Shown: piece after piece, positions 1 through 9,314 of the stretch
How the letters are laid out: every line of letters starts with the position of its first letter
Numbering within the stretch: the first letter of the stretch is position 1
From: Thermoanaerobaculia bacterium
GTDB taxonomy: Bacteria > Acidobacteriota > Thermoanaerobaculia > Multivoradales > SZUA-115
Assembly: GCA_044869805.1 (NCBI GenBank)
Contig: JBIOXV010000157.1
Span: forward strand, 9,752-73,751
Direction of reading: 5' to 3'
DNA length: 64,000 bases
Notes under the pieces: generated by a model
Told to the model about the DNA's origin: nothing
The model's input: only the letters and a program-made list of their open reading frames with translations
The model's database searches: none
Program-made: the position numbers and the translations under genes

Positions 1-85
1 CGGGCAGCCTTCCTTCCGGTGAGGTCGTCGGTCCCATCGCAGAGCTGCTAGAGTCGGCCGACCAACCAGCCAGGGCGGATCCGTC

Positions 86-493
86 GTGACCAAGCTCCCC
101 ACGCTTCTCCTCGCGAGCCTGGTGCTCGCCTCCTGTGCGAGCACCACTCCCGTGGCCTCCTGCCGGCCGGGCGAGCAGACGGCGGTGATGGACTCGCTGT
201 ACTTCGGCACTGCCATGCCCGAGGGGCAGGTCAAGCTCGAGGAGTGGCAGCGTTTCCTCGCCGAGTTCATTACGCCGCGCTTTCCGGAAGGGCTCACCTC
301 CTGGGCCGCCGCCGGCCAGTGGCAGAGCGGCGACGGAGAGGTGCAGAAGGAGAGCTCCTACGTCCTCCACGTCGTGCACGCGGATTCACCGCAGACGGAC
401 AGCGCGATTCGCGAGGTGGTGTCGGTCTACAAGCAACGCTTCCGCCAGCAAGCCGTGCTGCGGGTCCGCAGCCCAGCGTGCATCTCCTTCTAG
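86..493 (+). CDS. DUF3574-family small lipoprotein
   Basis: 135-aa ORF. Signal peptide with lipobox (LVLAS|C). Pattern LYFG..EWQRF..TPRFPEGLT..GQW..YKQRF.Q..VL is typical of DUF3574 proteins. Confidence 0.65.
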   Translation: MTKLPTLLLASLVLASCASTTPVASCRPGEQTAVMDSLYFGTAMPEGQVKLEEWQRFLAEFITPRFPEGLTSWAAAGQWQSGDGEVQKESSYVLHVVHADSPQTDSAIREVVSVYKQRFRQQAVLRVRSPACISF

Positions 494-3240
494 CGTCACG
501 CCGCGGGCCAGCCCCAGCTCGGGCCGCGCGCCTCGCGGCCTGGGCCCTCGCCTTGCTCGCGAGCGCCTGCTCGCCACCACCGGATCGCGGCGAGCGGGCC
601 GAGCCGGCGGCGCGCGGCGGCGAGGACGCGGAGTCGGCCCGGGAGGGCGCGGGCCCGTCCGAGGAGGAGCTCGAGCGCTCGCTGGCGCTCTCCCGGCAGA
701 CCGCCGCCGGCAGCCTCGCCGAGGCCGCCGCCTGGCAGGCGTTGGGGAGCTTCCACCTGGCGGGCGCCGATCTCGAGCGGGCCGAGAAGGAGCTGCGCGC
801 GGCCCTCGAGCTGCGCTCGCGTCTGGCCGCCGGCAGCCTCGAGCACGGCGAGTCGCTGCAGAGCCTGGGGACCGTGGCCATGAGCCGAGGCCGGTACGAG
901 GAAGCGGGCCGGCTGCTCGAGGAAGCGCTGGAGACTGCACGCCGGCAGGCGCCGGAGAGCCCCTCCGAAGCCAAGGTGCGGAACAGCCTGGGCTCGCTGG
1001 CCACGCGGATGGGCCGGCTGGACGAGGCCGACGGCCACCTCGCCCGCGCCGCGGAGATCCTCGAGCGGGTCGACCCACGAGGCGAGGAGCGGGTCCAGGT
1101 GCTGATCAACCGTGCCAAGGTGGCCTCGAGCCGAGGCGATCTGGCGAGGAGCGACCAGCACCTGCAGGCGGCGCTCGCTCTCTGTGGCACGCCGGCTGCG
1201 GAGACTCTGGCAGTGGCGCAGATCCTCTACCGCCTGGGCCGCAACGCCACGGACCGTGGCGACCTCGAGGGCGCGATGGAGCTGGGGCGGCGGGCGCTCG
1301 CCATCCAGCGCCGGCTGGCCCCGGGCACGATCCACGAAGCCAGCAGCCTCACCAGCCTGAGCCTGCTGGCGGTGAAGCTCGGCCGGCTGGACGAGGCGGA
1401 GGAGACCGCGCGCGGTGCGCTCGCCATCCGCGAACGCACCGCCCCCGGCAGCCTCAGCGTGGCGGAGAGCCTGCAGATCTTGGGGCTAGTCGAGATCGAA
1501 AGGCTGGACTTCGAGGCGGCGAGCGAGCACCTGCGCCAGGCGGTGGAGATCGCCCGCCGGCAGTCGCCCGGCTCGCTGCACGAGGCCAGCGCGCTCTGCA
1601 ACCTCGGCTTCCTGTCGCTGCGCGCCGGCGACTGGGAGCAGGCGGAGCCACCGCTGCGCCGGGCGTCCGGCCTCTTCCACGAGCTGGCACCGGGCGGCAC
1701 CCGGGAAGCGGACGCACTGGTCAACCTGGGTGACGCCTACCTGGGGATGCAGAGCTTCGATCGCGCCGAGCAGGCGTTCGCGGCGGCGGTCGACATCTTC
1801 GAGGCGCAGATGCCGCGGCTCGGGGGCACCGACGCGAGCCGCGCCTCCTATCTCGAGCCGTACCTGCGGTTCCACCAGCGGTTGATCGACCTCCAGCTCT
1901 CTCACGGCCGGGCCGCGGACGCGCTCGGCACCCTCGAGCGGTCCCGCGGCCGCTCGCTGCTCATGGAGCTCGCGCGGCGCGACCTTGCCTTTGCCGTGCC
2001 GCGGGTGCTGTCGCTCGACGAGATCCGCGCCAGCCTCGATCCCGGGACGGCGTGGCTCTCGTTCAGCGTCGATCACGAAAAGACCCTGCTCTTCGTGGTC
2101 AAGCCGGAGACCGAGCGCGTGGAGGTGTTTTCGATCGCCGCCGGGCTCGACGCGCTGGCCGAGGAGGTCGCCCTCTTCCGCGGGCTGATCGTCGACGGGC
2201 GGCGCCCTCCTCGCCTGGGCCAGGAGGGCGGCGCGAGCGCGGGCCTCCTGGCGCAGGCCAGGAAGCTCTACGCGCTGCTGCTGGCACCGGCTGAGGCGAG
2301 TCTCGCCTCGGCGGAGCGCCTGCTGATCTCGCCCGACGGCGCGCTCCAGGTGCTGCCCTTCGCCGCGCTGGCGAGGCCCGGCGAGCCGCTGGGCTTCCTG
2401 GCCCAGGAGTGGCCCGTGCACTATGTGCTCTCGGCCACGCTCTACGCCGAGCTGCGGCGCGGCGGCGCGCGGGCGGCGCCCACCGACGGGCGGGTCGTCG
2501 CCTTCGGAGATCCACGGTTCCGCGAGCTCCAGGTCCGCGGGTCGAGCGCCACGGCGCCGGCGGACCACCTCGCCAACGCGAGCCTAGCCCTGGACGCGCC
2601 CGGGGAAACCCTGCGGCGCTACGAGCGCGGCCTGCCGCCCATCCCCGGAGCCCGCGCCGAGGTCGAGGCCCTGGCGGCGCTCTATCCCGGCAGCAGCCGC
2701 GTCTTTCTCGGCGCCGCGGCCACCGAGCGGGCGGTCAAGACGCTGCCGGCTTCCCCGCGCTACCTCCACTTCGCCACCCACGCGCTGCTCGATCCGCTCT
2801 CGCCGCTCGACTCGGCCCTGGCCCTCGCCGCGCCGGCGGGGGAGGATGGGGGCGAGGACGGCCTGCTGCACGCCTGGGAGATCTTCGAGCAGCTCCGCCT
2901 CGACGCCGACCTGGTCACCCTCTCGGCCTGCGACTCGGCCCTCGGCAGGGGCGCGGCGGGCGAAGGATTGATCGGCTTGGCGCGCGCCTTCCAGCACGCC
3001 GGCGCGCGCTCGATCCTGGCCTCGCTGTGGCCGGTCTCGGACCGCTCGACGGCGGAGCTGATGCGGCGCTTCTACGCGGCGCTCGCCGCCGGCCGTCCCA
3101 AGGACGAGGCCCTGGCCGAGGCCCAGCGCGCCTTCGCGGCGGGCGAAGGCGTGGACCCGGCGCTCGCCCATCCCTTCTACTGGGCGGCCTTCGAGCTGAT
3201 CGGCGACCGCTCGAGCGGCGGCGCGCCCGCGCCGCGGTAG
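478..3240 (+). CDS. TPR-repeat CHAT-domain protein (caspase-fold protease family), probable lipoprotein
   Basis: The frame is open from 244, but GTG 478 gives a signal-like N-terminus (..AWALALLASAC). It has a long run of TPR-like repeats. The C-terminal CHAT domain has His (LHFATHALLD) and Cys (LVTLSACDSALG). The start is uncertain. Confidence 0.85.
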   Translation: MHLLLASRRGPAPARAARLAAWALALLASACSPPPDRGERAEPAARGGEDAESAREGAGPSEEELERSLALSRQTAAGSLAEAAAWQALGSFHLAGADLERAEKELRAALELRSRLAAGSLEHGESLQSLGTVAMSRGRYEEAGRLLEEALETARRQAPESPSEAKVRNSLGSLATRMGRLDEADGHLARAAEILERVDPRGEERVQVLINRAKVASSRGDLARSDQHLQAALALCGTPAAETLAVAQILYRLGRNATDRGDLEGAMELGRRALAIQRRLAPGTIHEASSLTSLSLLAVKLGRLDEAEETARGALAIRERTAPGSLSVAESLQILGLVEIERLDFEAASEHLRQAVEIARRQSPGSLHEASALCNLGFLSLRAGDWEQAEPPLRRASGLFHELAPGGTREADALVNLGDAYLGMQSFDRAEQAFAAAVDIFEAQMPRLGGTDASRASYLEPYLRFHQRLIDLQLSHGRAADALGTLERSRGRSLLMELARRDLAFAVPRVLSLDEIRASLDPGTAWLSFSVDHEKTLLFVVKPETERVEVFSIAAGLDALAEEVALFRGLIVDGRRPPRLGQEGGASAGLLAQARKLYALLLAPAEASLASAERLLISPDGALQVLPFAALARPGEPLGFLAQEWPVHYVLSATLYAELRRGGARAAPTDGRVVAFGDPRFRELQVRGSSATAPADHLANASLALDAPGETLRRYERGLPPIPGARAEVEALAALYPGSSRVFLGAAATERAVKTLPASPRYLHFATHALLDPLSPLDSALALAAPAGEDGGEDGLLHAWEIFEQLRLDADLVTLSACDSALGRGAAGEGLIGLARAFQHAGARSILASLWPVSDRSTAELMRRFYAALAAGRPKDEALAEAQRAFAAGEGVDPALAHPFYWAAFELIGDRSSGGAPAPR

Positions 3241-3301
3241 CGGCCGGCGCTTGTGGCAGACTCACCGCGCACCGCCCTCGTCCGCTTGCCGTGAGCTCGC
3301 C

Positions 3302-3838
3302 GTGATTCCCGAGAGCAGCCGCGACGCGGCCCCGACCGCCGACCCGCGCGGAGAGTTCCGCGAGGTCTTCGAGCGCTTCTTCCCGCGCCTGCGCAGCTTC
3401 TTCGTCGCCAGCGGCTTCCAGCCGGCGGACGCCGACGATCTAAGTCAAACCGCGCTCGTCGCCGTCTACAAGGCGAGGGAGGAGTTCCGGGGCGAAGGCA
3501 GCCTCGACGCCTGGGTCTACTCGATCGCGCGCAATACCGCCCGCGACGAGTGGCGCCGGCGCGGGCGCGCGTCGGAGACGGAGCCGCTGGCGGAAACCAT
3601 TCCCGACCCGCGGCCCGCCATCGACGACGAGCACGAAGGCCGCCACGACCTCGCCCGGACCATCGCAGCCTTGAGCAAGCTGCCCACCGGCATGCGTACC
3701 TGTCTGCTGCTGCACGTTCAGCAAGGGCTCTCCTACCGCGAGATCGCCCGGCGGCTGTCGCTGTCCCTGCCGACCGTCAAGGTGCAGATCTGGAACGCTC
3801 GCCGGCGGCTGCGAACCCTCCTGGAGGAGGAGCCGTGA
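3302..3838 (+). CDS. ECF-type RNA polymerase sigma factor
   Basis: Region 2 (DDLSQTALVAVYKAREEF..LDAWVYSIARNTARDEWRRR) and region 4 HTH (LSYREIARRLSLSLPTVKVQIWNARRRL). GTG 3302 is preferred; TTG 3251 is possible. Confidence 0.85.
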   Translation: MIPESSRDAAPTADPRGEFREVFERFFPRLRSFFVASGFQPADADDLSQTALVAVYKAREEFRGEGSLDAWVYSIARNTARDEWRRRGRASETEPLAETIPDPRPAIDDEHEGRHDLARTIAALSKLPTGMRTCLLLHVQQGLSYREIARRLSLSLPTVKVQIWNARRRLRTLLEEEP

Positions 3839-4560
3839 CCGATCCCACGCCCTGCCGCCCACCCGGACCCCACCCTTCAGCGGAGGAGCTGTACCGTGCG
3901 CGGCAGGAGGCACGCCAGGGCCCGCGGAGCGCGGAGACCGAGGCCGTGCTGGCCCATGCCATGGCTTGCGCCGCCTGCTCCGAGGAGCTGCTGCGCCAGG
4001 AGGCATTCGACCAGCCGCAGCCGCTCTCGGCGGCCAAGCTCACGGGAGAGTGGGAGCGCTTCCAGCAGGCCTTGCAGCGCGAGGCGGCGGCGCCCGATGC
4101 TCCGGCTCTGAGGCCCGCGGCGAGGCAGGTGGTCCCGTTCCGCCGCCGGCCGCTTCTGAGGCGGCCGGCCTTCGCCCTCGCCGCGGCGCTGGCGGCGGTG
4201 GTGCTGGGGCTCGCGGTGTGGGTGGCCCTCCAGCCGGGGCCCGGGTCGCAAGGCCTCGACCCCGAGGATGAGTTGCGCGGCGGCAAGCCTGCAACGGGAG
4301 AATTCTCGCCGGCCGGCACGCTCGACGCGCCGCCCGCCGAGTTCGTCTTCCCGGCCCCGGACGCCCTGCCACGTCGCGTCCTCCTCTTCGACCCCGCCGG
4401 CACCTACCGCTGGACCAGCGAGCCGGCGGCCGGCGGGCGCGTCAGCCTGCCGGAGAGCGAACGCCAGCAGCTCCACCCCGGCGTCGAGTACTTCTGGACG
4501 GTGCTGGCCGACGACGGCGGTTCACCGGCGCAATCCTTCGAGATCCAGCCCCCGAGCTGA
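3835..4560 (+). CDS. zinc-binding (ZAS-type) anti-sigma factor, single-pass membrane protein
   Basis: GTG 3835 overlaps the sigma stop (GTGA). Hx3Cx2C motif (HAMACAAC). One TM helix (PAFALAAALAAVVLGLAVWVAL). An extracytoplasmic domain of about 110 aa. Confidence 0.75.
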   Translation: MTDPTPCRPPGPHPSAEELYRARQEARQGPRSAETEAVLAHAMACAACSEELLRQEAFDQPQPLSAAKLTGEWERFQQALQREAAAPDAPALRPAARQVVPFRRRPLLRRPAFALAAALAAVVLGLAVWVALQPGPGSQGLDPEDELRGGKPATGEFSPAGTLDAPPAEFVFPAPDALPRRVLLFDPAGTYRWTSEPAAGGRVSLPESERQQLHPGVEYFWTVLADDGGSPAQSFEIQPPS

Positions 4561-4600
4561 CGGATCGGGCCGACCGCGGCCCGGTCTCGCGACTGGGGGC

Positions 4601-4640
4601 TTCCCATGTAGGTCACACATAGGTATCATTGCCACCTATG
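4601..4640 (+). promoter_or_regulatory. candidate padR promoter/operator (possibly a leaderless transcript)
   Basis: TTCCCA (4601-4606), 17 nt, TATCAT (4624-4629), then ATG 4638 only 8 nt downstream. A 7-bp inverted repeat CATAGGT (4618-4624) / ACCTATG (4634-4640) brackets the -10. ATGT(4606)...ACAT(4617) resembles a PadR half-site pair. Confidence 0.35.
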
Positions 4641-4985
4641 CGACCGAGCCCCGATGATCTGCGTCAGATGCAGAAGGGCAGCACCGAGATGCTGGTGCTC
4701 GCCCTGCTGGAGGAACGCGAGCGGCACGGCTACGAGCTCGCGCTGTTGATCGGCGAGCGTTCGCAGGGCGTGATCCAGATCCACACCGCCTCGCTCTACC
4801 CGTTGCTCTACCGCCTGGAGCGCCGCGGGCTGGTCGAGGGCCGGTGGGTGGAGAAGGCGGGCGAGCGCCGCAGGCGCTTCTACCGGCTGACCCCGGCGGG
4901 TGGCGAAGTGCTGGCCGCCCAGCGCCGGAGCTGGCGCGAGCTGTTCCGCGCCCTCGACCTCGTCGCCCAGATCCGCCATGCGTAG
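4638..4985 (+). CDS. PadR-family transcriptional regulator
   Basis: Winged-HTH PadR signature: LVLALLEERERHGYEL..IHTASLYPLLYRLERRGLVEGRWVE..RRRRFYRLTPAG. TTG 4629 is an alternative start. Confidence 0.85.
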   Translation: MRPSPDDLRQMQKGSTEMLVLALLEERERHGYELALLIGERSQGVIQIHTASLYPLLYRLERRGLVEGRWVEKAGERRRRFYRLTPAGGEVLAAQRRSWRELFRALDLVAQIRHA

Positions 4986-4996
4986 AGAAGCCCGCC

Positions 4997-7735
4997 ATGG
5001 GTAGGGAAGACGAGCCGGCGGTCTCGCCCGACTGGCTCGCCTTCGTGCGCCAGCGGCTGCCGCCCCTGGCCTTGAGGCCCGAGCGCGAGGCCGAGATCGC
5101 CGAGGAGATCGCGCTGCAGCTCGACCAGACCTACCGCGCCGCCCTCGTCCGGGGCGGCTCGGAGCCCGAGGCCAGGGCGAGAGCCGAGGCCGACGTCGCC
5201 GACTGGCCGGCGATGGCGGACGACATCCGCCGCGCCGAGCACCCGCTCGCCAGTCGCATTCCCGGACGCCCGCCCTTTCCCGAGCCCCCGACGCTCGGCG
5301 CTTCCCGAGGAGCCCCCATGTCCGACCTGTGGCACGACCTGCGCTACGCCTTCCGCTCGCTCGCCAGGAGCCCCGGCCTGTCGGTGGTCATCGTGCTGAC
5401 CCTGATGCTCGGCATCGGGGCCACGACGGCGATCTTCTCGCTCGTCAACGGCCTGCTGCTCAAGCCGCTGCCGTTCCGCGACGCCGAGCGCCTGGTAGTG
5501 GTCACCGAAGCCCAGCCGGGCGGCGGGCGCATGACCGTGGCCTGGCCCAACTATCAGGACTGGGTGGCCCGGGCGCGCTCGTTCGACGCCATGGCCGCCT
5601 ACCGCTCGGCGCGATTCAACCTGACGGGAGGGGAGAAGGCCGAGCGGCTCGAGGGCCGCGCGGTCGCCGGAGCCTTCCTCTCGATGCTCGGCGTGACGCC
5701 GCAGCTCGGGCGGCTGATCACCCCGGCCGACGACGCAGTCGGCGCGCCGGAGGTGGCGGTGATCAGCGACCGGCTGTGGCGCCGGCGCTTCGGCGGCGAT
5801 GCGGGCGCCCTCGGCCAGAGCCTGATGCTCTCCGGCCGCCCCCACACCGTGGTCGGCGTGCTGCCGGCAGGCTTCCAGTACACCCGCGTCGCGGACGTGT
5901 TCGTGGCGCTCAGCCCGACGCTGCAGCGCTGGGAGCACGATCGCGGCAACCACATGGGCCTCTTCGCCCTGGCGCACCTGGCGCCCGGCGTCACCGTCGG
6001 CGAGGCCCGCCAGGAGATGAACGCACTGGCCGCCGCGCTCGCCAAGGAGTACCCGGCGAGCAACAGCGGCAACGGTGCCGAAGTCAACGAGCTGCGCGAC
6101 TTCATGGTCGAGGACATCCGCACCGCGGTCCTGGTGCTGATGGCCGGGGTTGCCTGCGTGCTGCTGATCGGCTGTGTGAACCTCGCCAACTTGCTGCTGG
6201 CACGCGGCGCGTCGCGCCACGGCGAGGTCGCGGTGCGGGTGGCGCTCGGCGCCGGGCAAGGGCGCATCGCGCGCCAGCTCCTCACCGAGAGCCTGCTGCT
6301 GGCCGCGATCGGTGGCGTGGCGGGGATCTGGTTCGCGTACCAGGCCCTGCCCCTCCTGCGCCGCTGGCTGCCGGCCGGCGTGCCGCGCCTCGAGACCGTC
6401 GAGATGGACGGCCGCGTGATGCTCTTCGCGCTCGCCGTGTCGCTCGCCACCGGCCTCGCCTTCGGCATCCTGCCTGCCTTGCAGGCCGCCCGTTCGGGCC
6501 TCTCCCGCGCCGCCGGCCGCCCGGGAGGCGGCCTCGGGAGAGGCGGCGCGGTGCGCGCCTCCTACCGCCGGGCGCTGCTGGTGGGGGAGATCGGCCTGGC
6601 CGTCGTGCTGCTCACCGCCGCCGGGCTGATGATGCGCACCGTGCTCGAGCTGGTGCGGGTCGATCCCGGCTTCCGCGTCGAGCGCGTCGTCGCCCTGTCC
6701 TTCGAGCTGCCGCGGGAGCGCTACGCCGACGACACTCTGCGCACCGCTCTCGGCCAGATCACCGAGAAGATCGAGGCGCAGCCGGGAGTAGAGGCCGCCG
6801 GTCTCACCCTGTCGCTACCCTTCGACGGCTCCAACTGGGGCTCGGTGTTCGTGGTCGCCGACCAGCCGGTGCCGCCCCGCGCCGAGCTGCCCAGCGCCGC
6901 CTTCACCCCGGTCTCGCCGGGGCTCTTCGACACCCTCGGCATGCGCCTGCTCAAGGGCCGGCTCTTCGAGGACAGCGACGGCGCCAATTCACCGACGGTG
7001 ACCGTGATCAACGAGACCATGGCGAAGCGCTTCTGGCCCGGGCAGGACCCGCTGGGCAAGCGCATCAAGCAGGGCTGGCCGGAATCGGAGACGCCATGGC
7101 GCGAGGTGGTGGGCGTGGTGGCGGACGTGAAGCTCGAGGGCGTCGCCACGGACACGCCGCTCCAGGCGTACCTGCCGATCGCACAGTCGCCGGCGGGCTT
7201 CCTCTATCTCGTGGTGCGGACCGCGCAGCAGCCGGCCGCGGCGGCGCGCATGGTAGAGAAGACGATGCGCGAGCTCGACCGTGACGTGCCGGTGTTCAAC
7301 GTGCGCACCATGGAGAAGGTGTTCGAGGACTCGATCGCCACTCAGCGCCTGCCCACCATCTTCCTCGCCCAGTTCTCGCTCGCCGCCCTGGTGCTGGCGG
7401 CGCTCGGCATCTTCGGCCTGATGGCCTACTCGGTGGCCCAGCGCACCCACGAGATGGGCCTGCGTATGGCGCTCGGCGCCAGCGACCGGGCGGTGGTGCG
7501 GCAGGTGCTCGGCGAGGGACTGCGGGTGGTCGCCGCCGGCGTGGCGCTGGGCGTCGTGGGTGCCTTCGTGGTGACCCGCTACCTGCGCTCGCTGCTGTTC
7601 GAGATCCAGCCCACCGACCCCACCGCCTTCGTCACCGCCGTGGGCCTGCTCGCCACCGTGGCGCTCCTCGCCGCCTACCTGCCCGCCCGCCGCGCCGCCC
7701 GCGTCGACCCCATGGTCGCGCTGCGGTGTGAGTGA
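4997..7735 (+). CDS. ADOP-family duplicated MacB/FtsX-like ABC permease with N-terminal permease-prefix domain
   Basis: ATG 4997 lies 12 nt after padR. It has a soluble prefix of about 105 aa, then two MacB_PCD/FtsX halves (WHDLRYAFRSLARSPGLSV...; C-terminal ARRAARVDPMVALRCE). PadR followed by such a permease is the usual acidobacterial arrangement. Confidence 0.85.
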   Translation: MGREDEPAVSPDWLAFVRQRLPPLALRPEREAEIAEEIALQLDQTYRAALVRGGSEPEARARAEADVADWPAMADDIRRAEHPLASRIPGRPPFPEPPTLGASRGAPMSDLWHDLRYAFRSLARSPGLSVVIVLTLMLGIGATTAIFSLVNGLLLKPLPFRDAERLVVVTEAQPGGGRMTVAWPNYQDWVARARSFDAMAAYRSARFNLTGGEKAERLEGRAVAGAFLSMLGVTPQLGRLITPADDAVGAPEVAVISDRLWRRRFGGDAGALGQSLMLSGRPHTVVGVLPAGFQYTRVADVFVALSPTLQRWEHDRGNHMGLFALAHLAPGVTVGEARQEMNALAAALAKEYPASNSGNGAEVNELRDFMVEDIRTAVLVLMAGVACVLLIGCVNLANLLLARGASRHGEVAVRVALGAGQGRIARQLLTESLLLAAIGGVAGIWFAYQALPLLRRWLPAGVPRLETVEMDGRVMLFALAVSLATGLAFGILPALQAARSGLSRAAGRPGGGLGRGGAVRASYRRALLVGEIGLAVVLLTAAGLMMRTVLELVRVDPGFRVERVVALSFELPRERYADDTLRTALGQITEKIEAQPGVEAAGLTLSLPFDGSNWGSVFVVADQPVPPRAELPSAAFTPVSPGLFDTLGMRLLKGRLFEDSDGANSPTVTVINETMAKRFWPGQDPLGKRIKQGWPESETPWREVVGVVADVKLEGVATDTPLQAYLPIAQSPAGFLYLVVRTAQQPAAAARMVEKTMRELDRDVPVFNVRTMEKVFEDSIATQRLPTIFLAQFSLAALVLAALGIFGLMAYSVAQRTHEMGLRMALGASDRAVVRQVLGEGLRVVAAGVALGVVGAFVVTRYLRSLLFEIQPTDPTAFVTAVGLLATVALLAAYLPARRAARVDPMVALRCE

Positions 7736-7820
7736 GGGGTCCTCGGTCAGCCTTTCGACATGCCTGGATTGGGGCGCCTCGCGGCGTCCCGGTGCCAGGC
7801 TACGAGTGTGTGTCGTTGTC

Positions 7821-7849
7821 TTGACAAACACGCAACCGACTATTACCCT
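7821..7849 (+). promoter_or_regulatory. sigma70-like promoter upstream of the trpB2-like operon
   Basis: TTGACA (7821-7826), 17 nt, TACCCT (7844-7849) in a locally AT-richer intergenic stretch. It would give a purine-rich leader of about 100 nt before ATG 7959. Confidence 0.4.
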
Positions 7850-7958
7850 CGTGAGCCTAGAAAGCAGAGAAGTGCATCGGTAGCGAGAAGAGGAGGTTCG
7901 CCTTTGCGGGAAGGGTGAATCGTGATCGGGACGCTACGGAGCTGAAGCGGAGGGGCGC

Positions 7959-9314
7959 ATGCAAACCCCGAGTTTTTCTCGCGTCGATCTTTCCCTCGAG
8001 GACCTGCCGGACCGGTGGTACAACGTGCTGCCGGACCTGCCGCGGGTTCCGGAGCCGCTGCTCGATTCCAAGACCGGCGACAAGCTCACCAACGAGTACC
8101 TGGCGCGCCTGCTGTCCACCGGCGTGGTGGCGCAGGAGACCTCCTTCGAACGCTGGATCCCGATCCCCACGCCGGTGCTCGACGCTTACCGGCTGTGGCG
8201 GCCCACGCCCCTCTTCCGGGCGACGGAGCTCGAGCGCTACTTGGGCACGCCGGCCGAGATCTACTTCAAGTTCGAGGGCGGCAGCCCCACCGGCAGCCAC
8301 AAGCTGAACTCGGCCATCGCCCAGGCCTACTACGCCCGCCTGGCGGGGGTGAAGCGCCTGATCACCGACACCGGCGCCGGCCAGTGGGGGAGCGCGCTCT
8401 CTCTCGCCGGGCAGATGTTCGGGGTCGAGGTCGAGGTCTACATGGTGCGGGCGAGCTACTTCCAGAAGCCCTACCGCCGCTACCTGATGCAGTCCTACGG
8501 CGCCAAGGTCTTCCCCAGCCCGGGCCCGCACAGCGAGTTCGGCCGCCGGCTCCTGGCCGAGCACCCGGATCACCCGGGTAGCGAGGCGACCGCGGTGAGC
8601 GAGGCCCTGGAGATGGTCTACAACGACTCCGAGGCGCGCTTCGCCATGGGCGGCTTCGGCAACCACGTGCTGCTGCACCAGACGGTGCTGGGCCTGGAGG
8701 CGCAGGAGCAGCTCGCGCGGCTCGACCGCGAGCCCGACTACGTGGTCGCCTCGCTGGGCTGCGGCAGCAACATGGGCGGCATCGGCCTGCCCTGGGTGGC
8801 GGACAAGCTCGGCGGCCGCGAGATCACCCTGCTCGCGGTCGAGCCCAAGGCCTGCCCGACGCTGACCAAGGGGACCTACCGCTACGACTTCGCGGATGCC
8901 TCGGGCACCGGTCCGATGGCCCGCACCTACACGCTGGGGCACGAGTTCGTGCCGCCACCCATCCACGCCGGAGGGCTGCGCTACCACGGCTGCGCCCCCC
9001 TGATCGGGCTGCTGCGCGACGAGGGCATCCTCGACGCGGTGGCCTACCATCAGACCGAGATCTTCGAGGCCGGCTCGCTCTTCACCAGGCTCCAGGGCCT
9101 GCTGCCGGCGCCCGAGACCTGCCACGCCATCCGCGCCACCATCGACCTCGCCAACGAGTGCAAGCGCACGCAGAAGAAGGCGGTGATCCTCTTCTGCTAC
9201 AGCGGCCACGGCCTGCTCGACCTCGAGGCCTATGGGAAATACCAGGCCGGGCAGCTCGAGGACGTGGAGACCCTGGTCGAGGCGGCCGAGGAAGCGAAGG
9301 TGGCGGTGGCCTGA
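7959..9314 (+). CDS. TrpB-like PLP-dependent enzyme (tryptophan synthase beta, type 2 family)
   Basis: Motifs RWYNVLPDLP, YFKFEGGSPTGSHKLNSA (PLP lysine) and GAGQWGSALS. The length of 451 aa is typical of TrpB2. Confidence 0.85.
   Translation: MQTPSFSRVDLSLEDLPDRWYNVLPDLPRVPEPLLDSKTGDKLTNEYLARLLSTGVVAQETSFERWIPIPTPVLDAYRLWRPTPLFRATELERYLGTPAEIYFKFEGGSPTGSHKLNSAIAQAYYARLAGVKRLITDTGAGQWGSALSLAGQMFGVEVEVYMVRASYFQKPYRRYLMQSYGAKVFPSPGPHSEFGRRLLAEHPDHPGSEATAVSEALEMVYNDSEARFAMGGFGNHVLLHQTVLGLEAQEQLARLDREPDYVVASLGCGSNMGGIGLPWVADKLGGREITLLAVEPKACPTLTKGTYRYDFADASGTGPMARTYTLGHEFVPPPIHAGGLRYHGCAPLIGLLRDEGILDAVAYHQTEIFEAGSLFTRLQGLLPAPETCHAIRATIDLANECKRTQKKAVILFCYSGHGLLDLEAYGKYQAGQLEDVETLVEAAEEAKVAVA

Noticed and set aside
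244-477. Upstream extensions of real genes as listed in the ORF track. Examples are 244 for the CHAT gene, 3550 for the anti-sigma factor, 4844 for the permease, 9158 for the ALDH, 13261, 16997, 21295, 33233 and 42417.
   Set aside because: The extensions overlap the preceding gene in another frame and encode Arg/Pro-rich sequence. Internal ATG or GTG starts with RBS-like sequences, stop-start overlaps or signal peptides give sensible N-termini.
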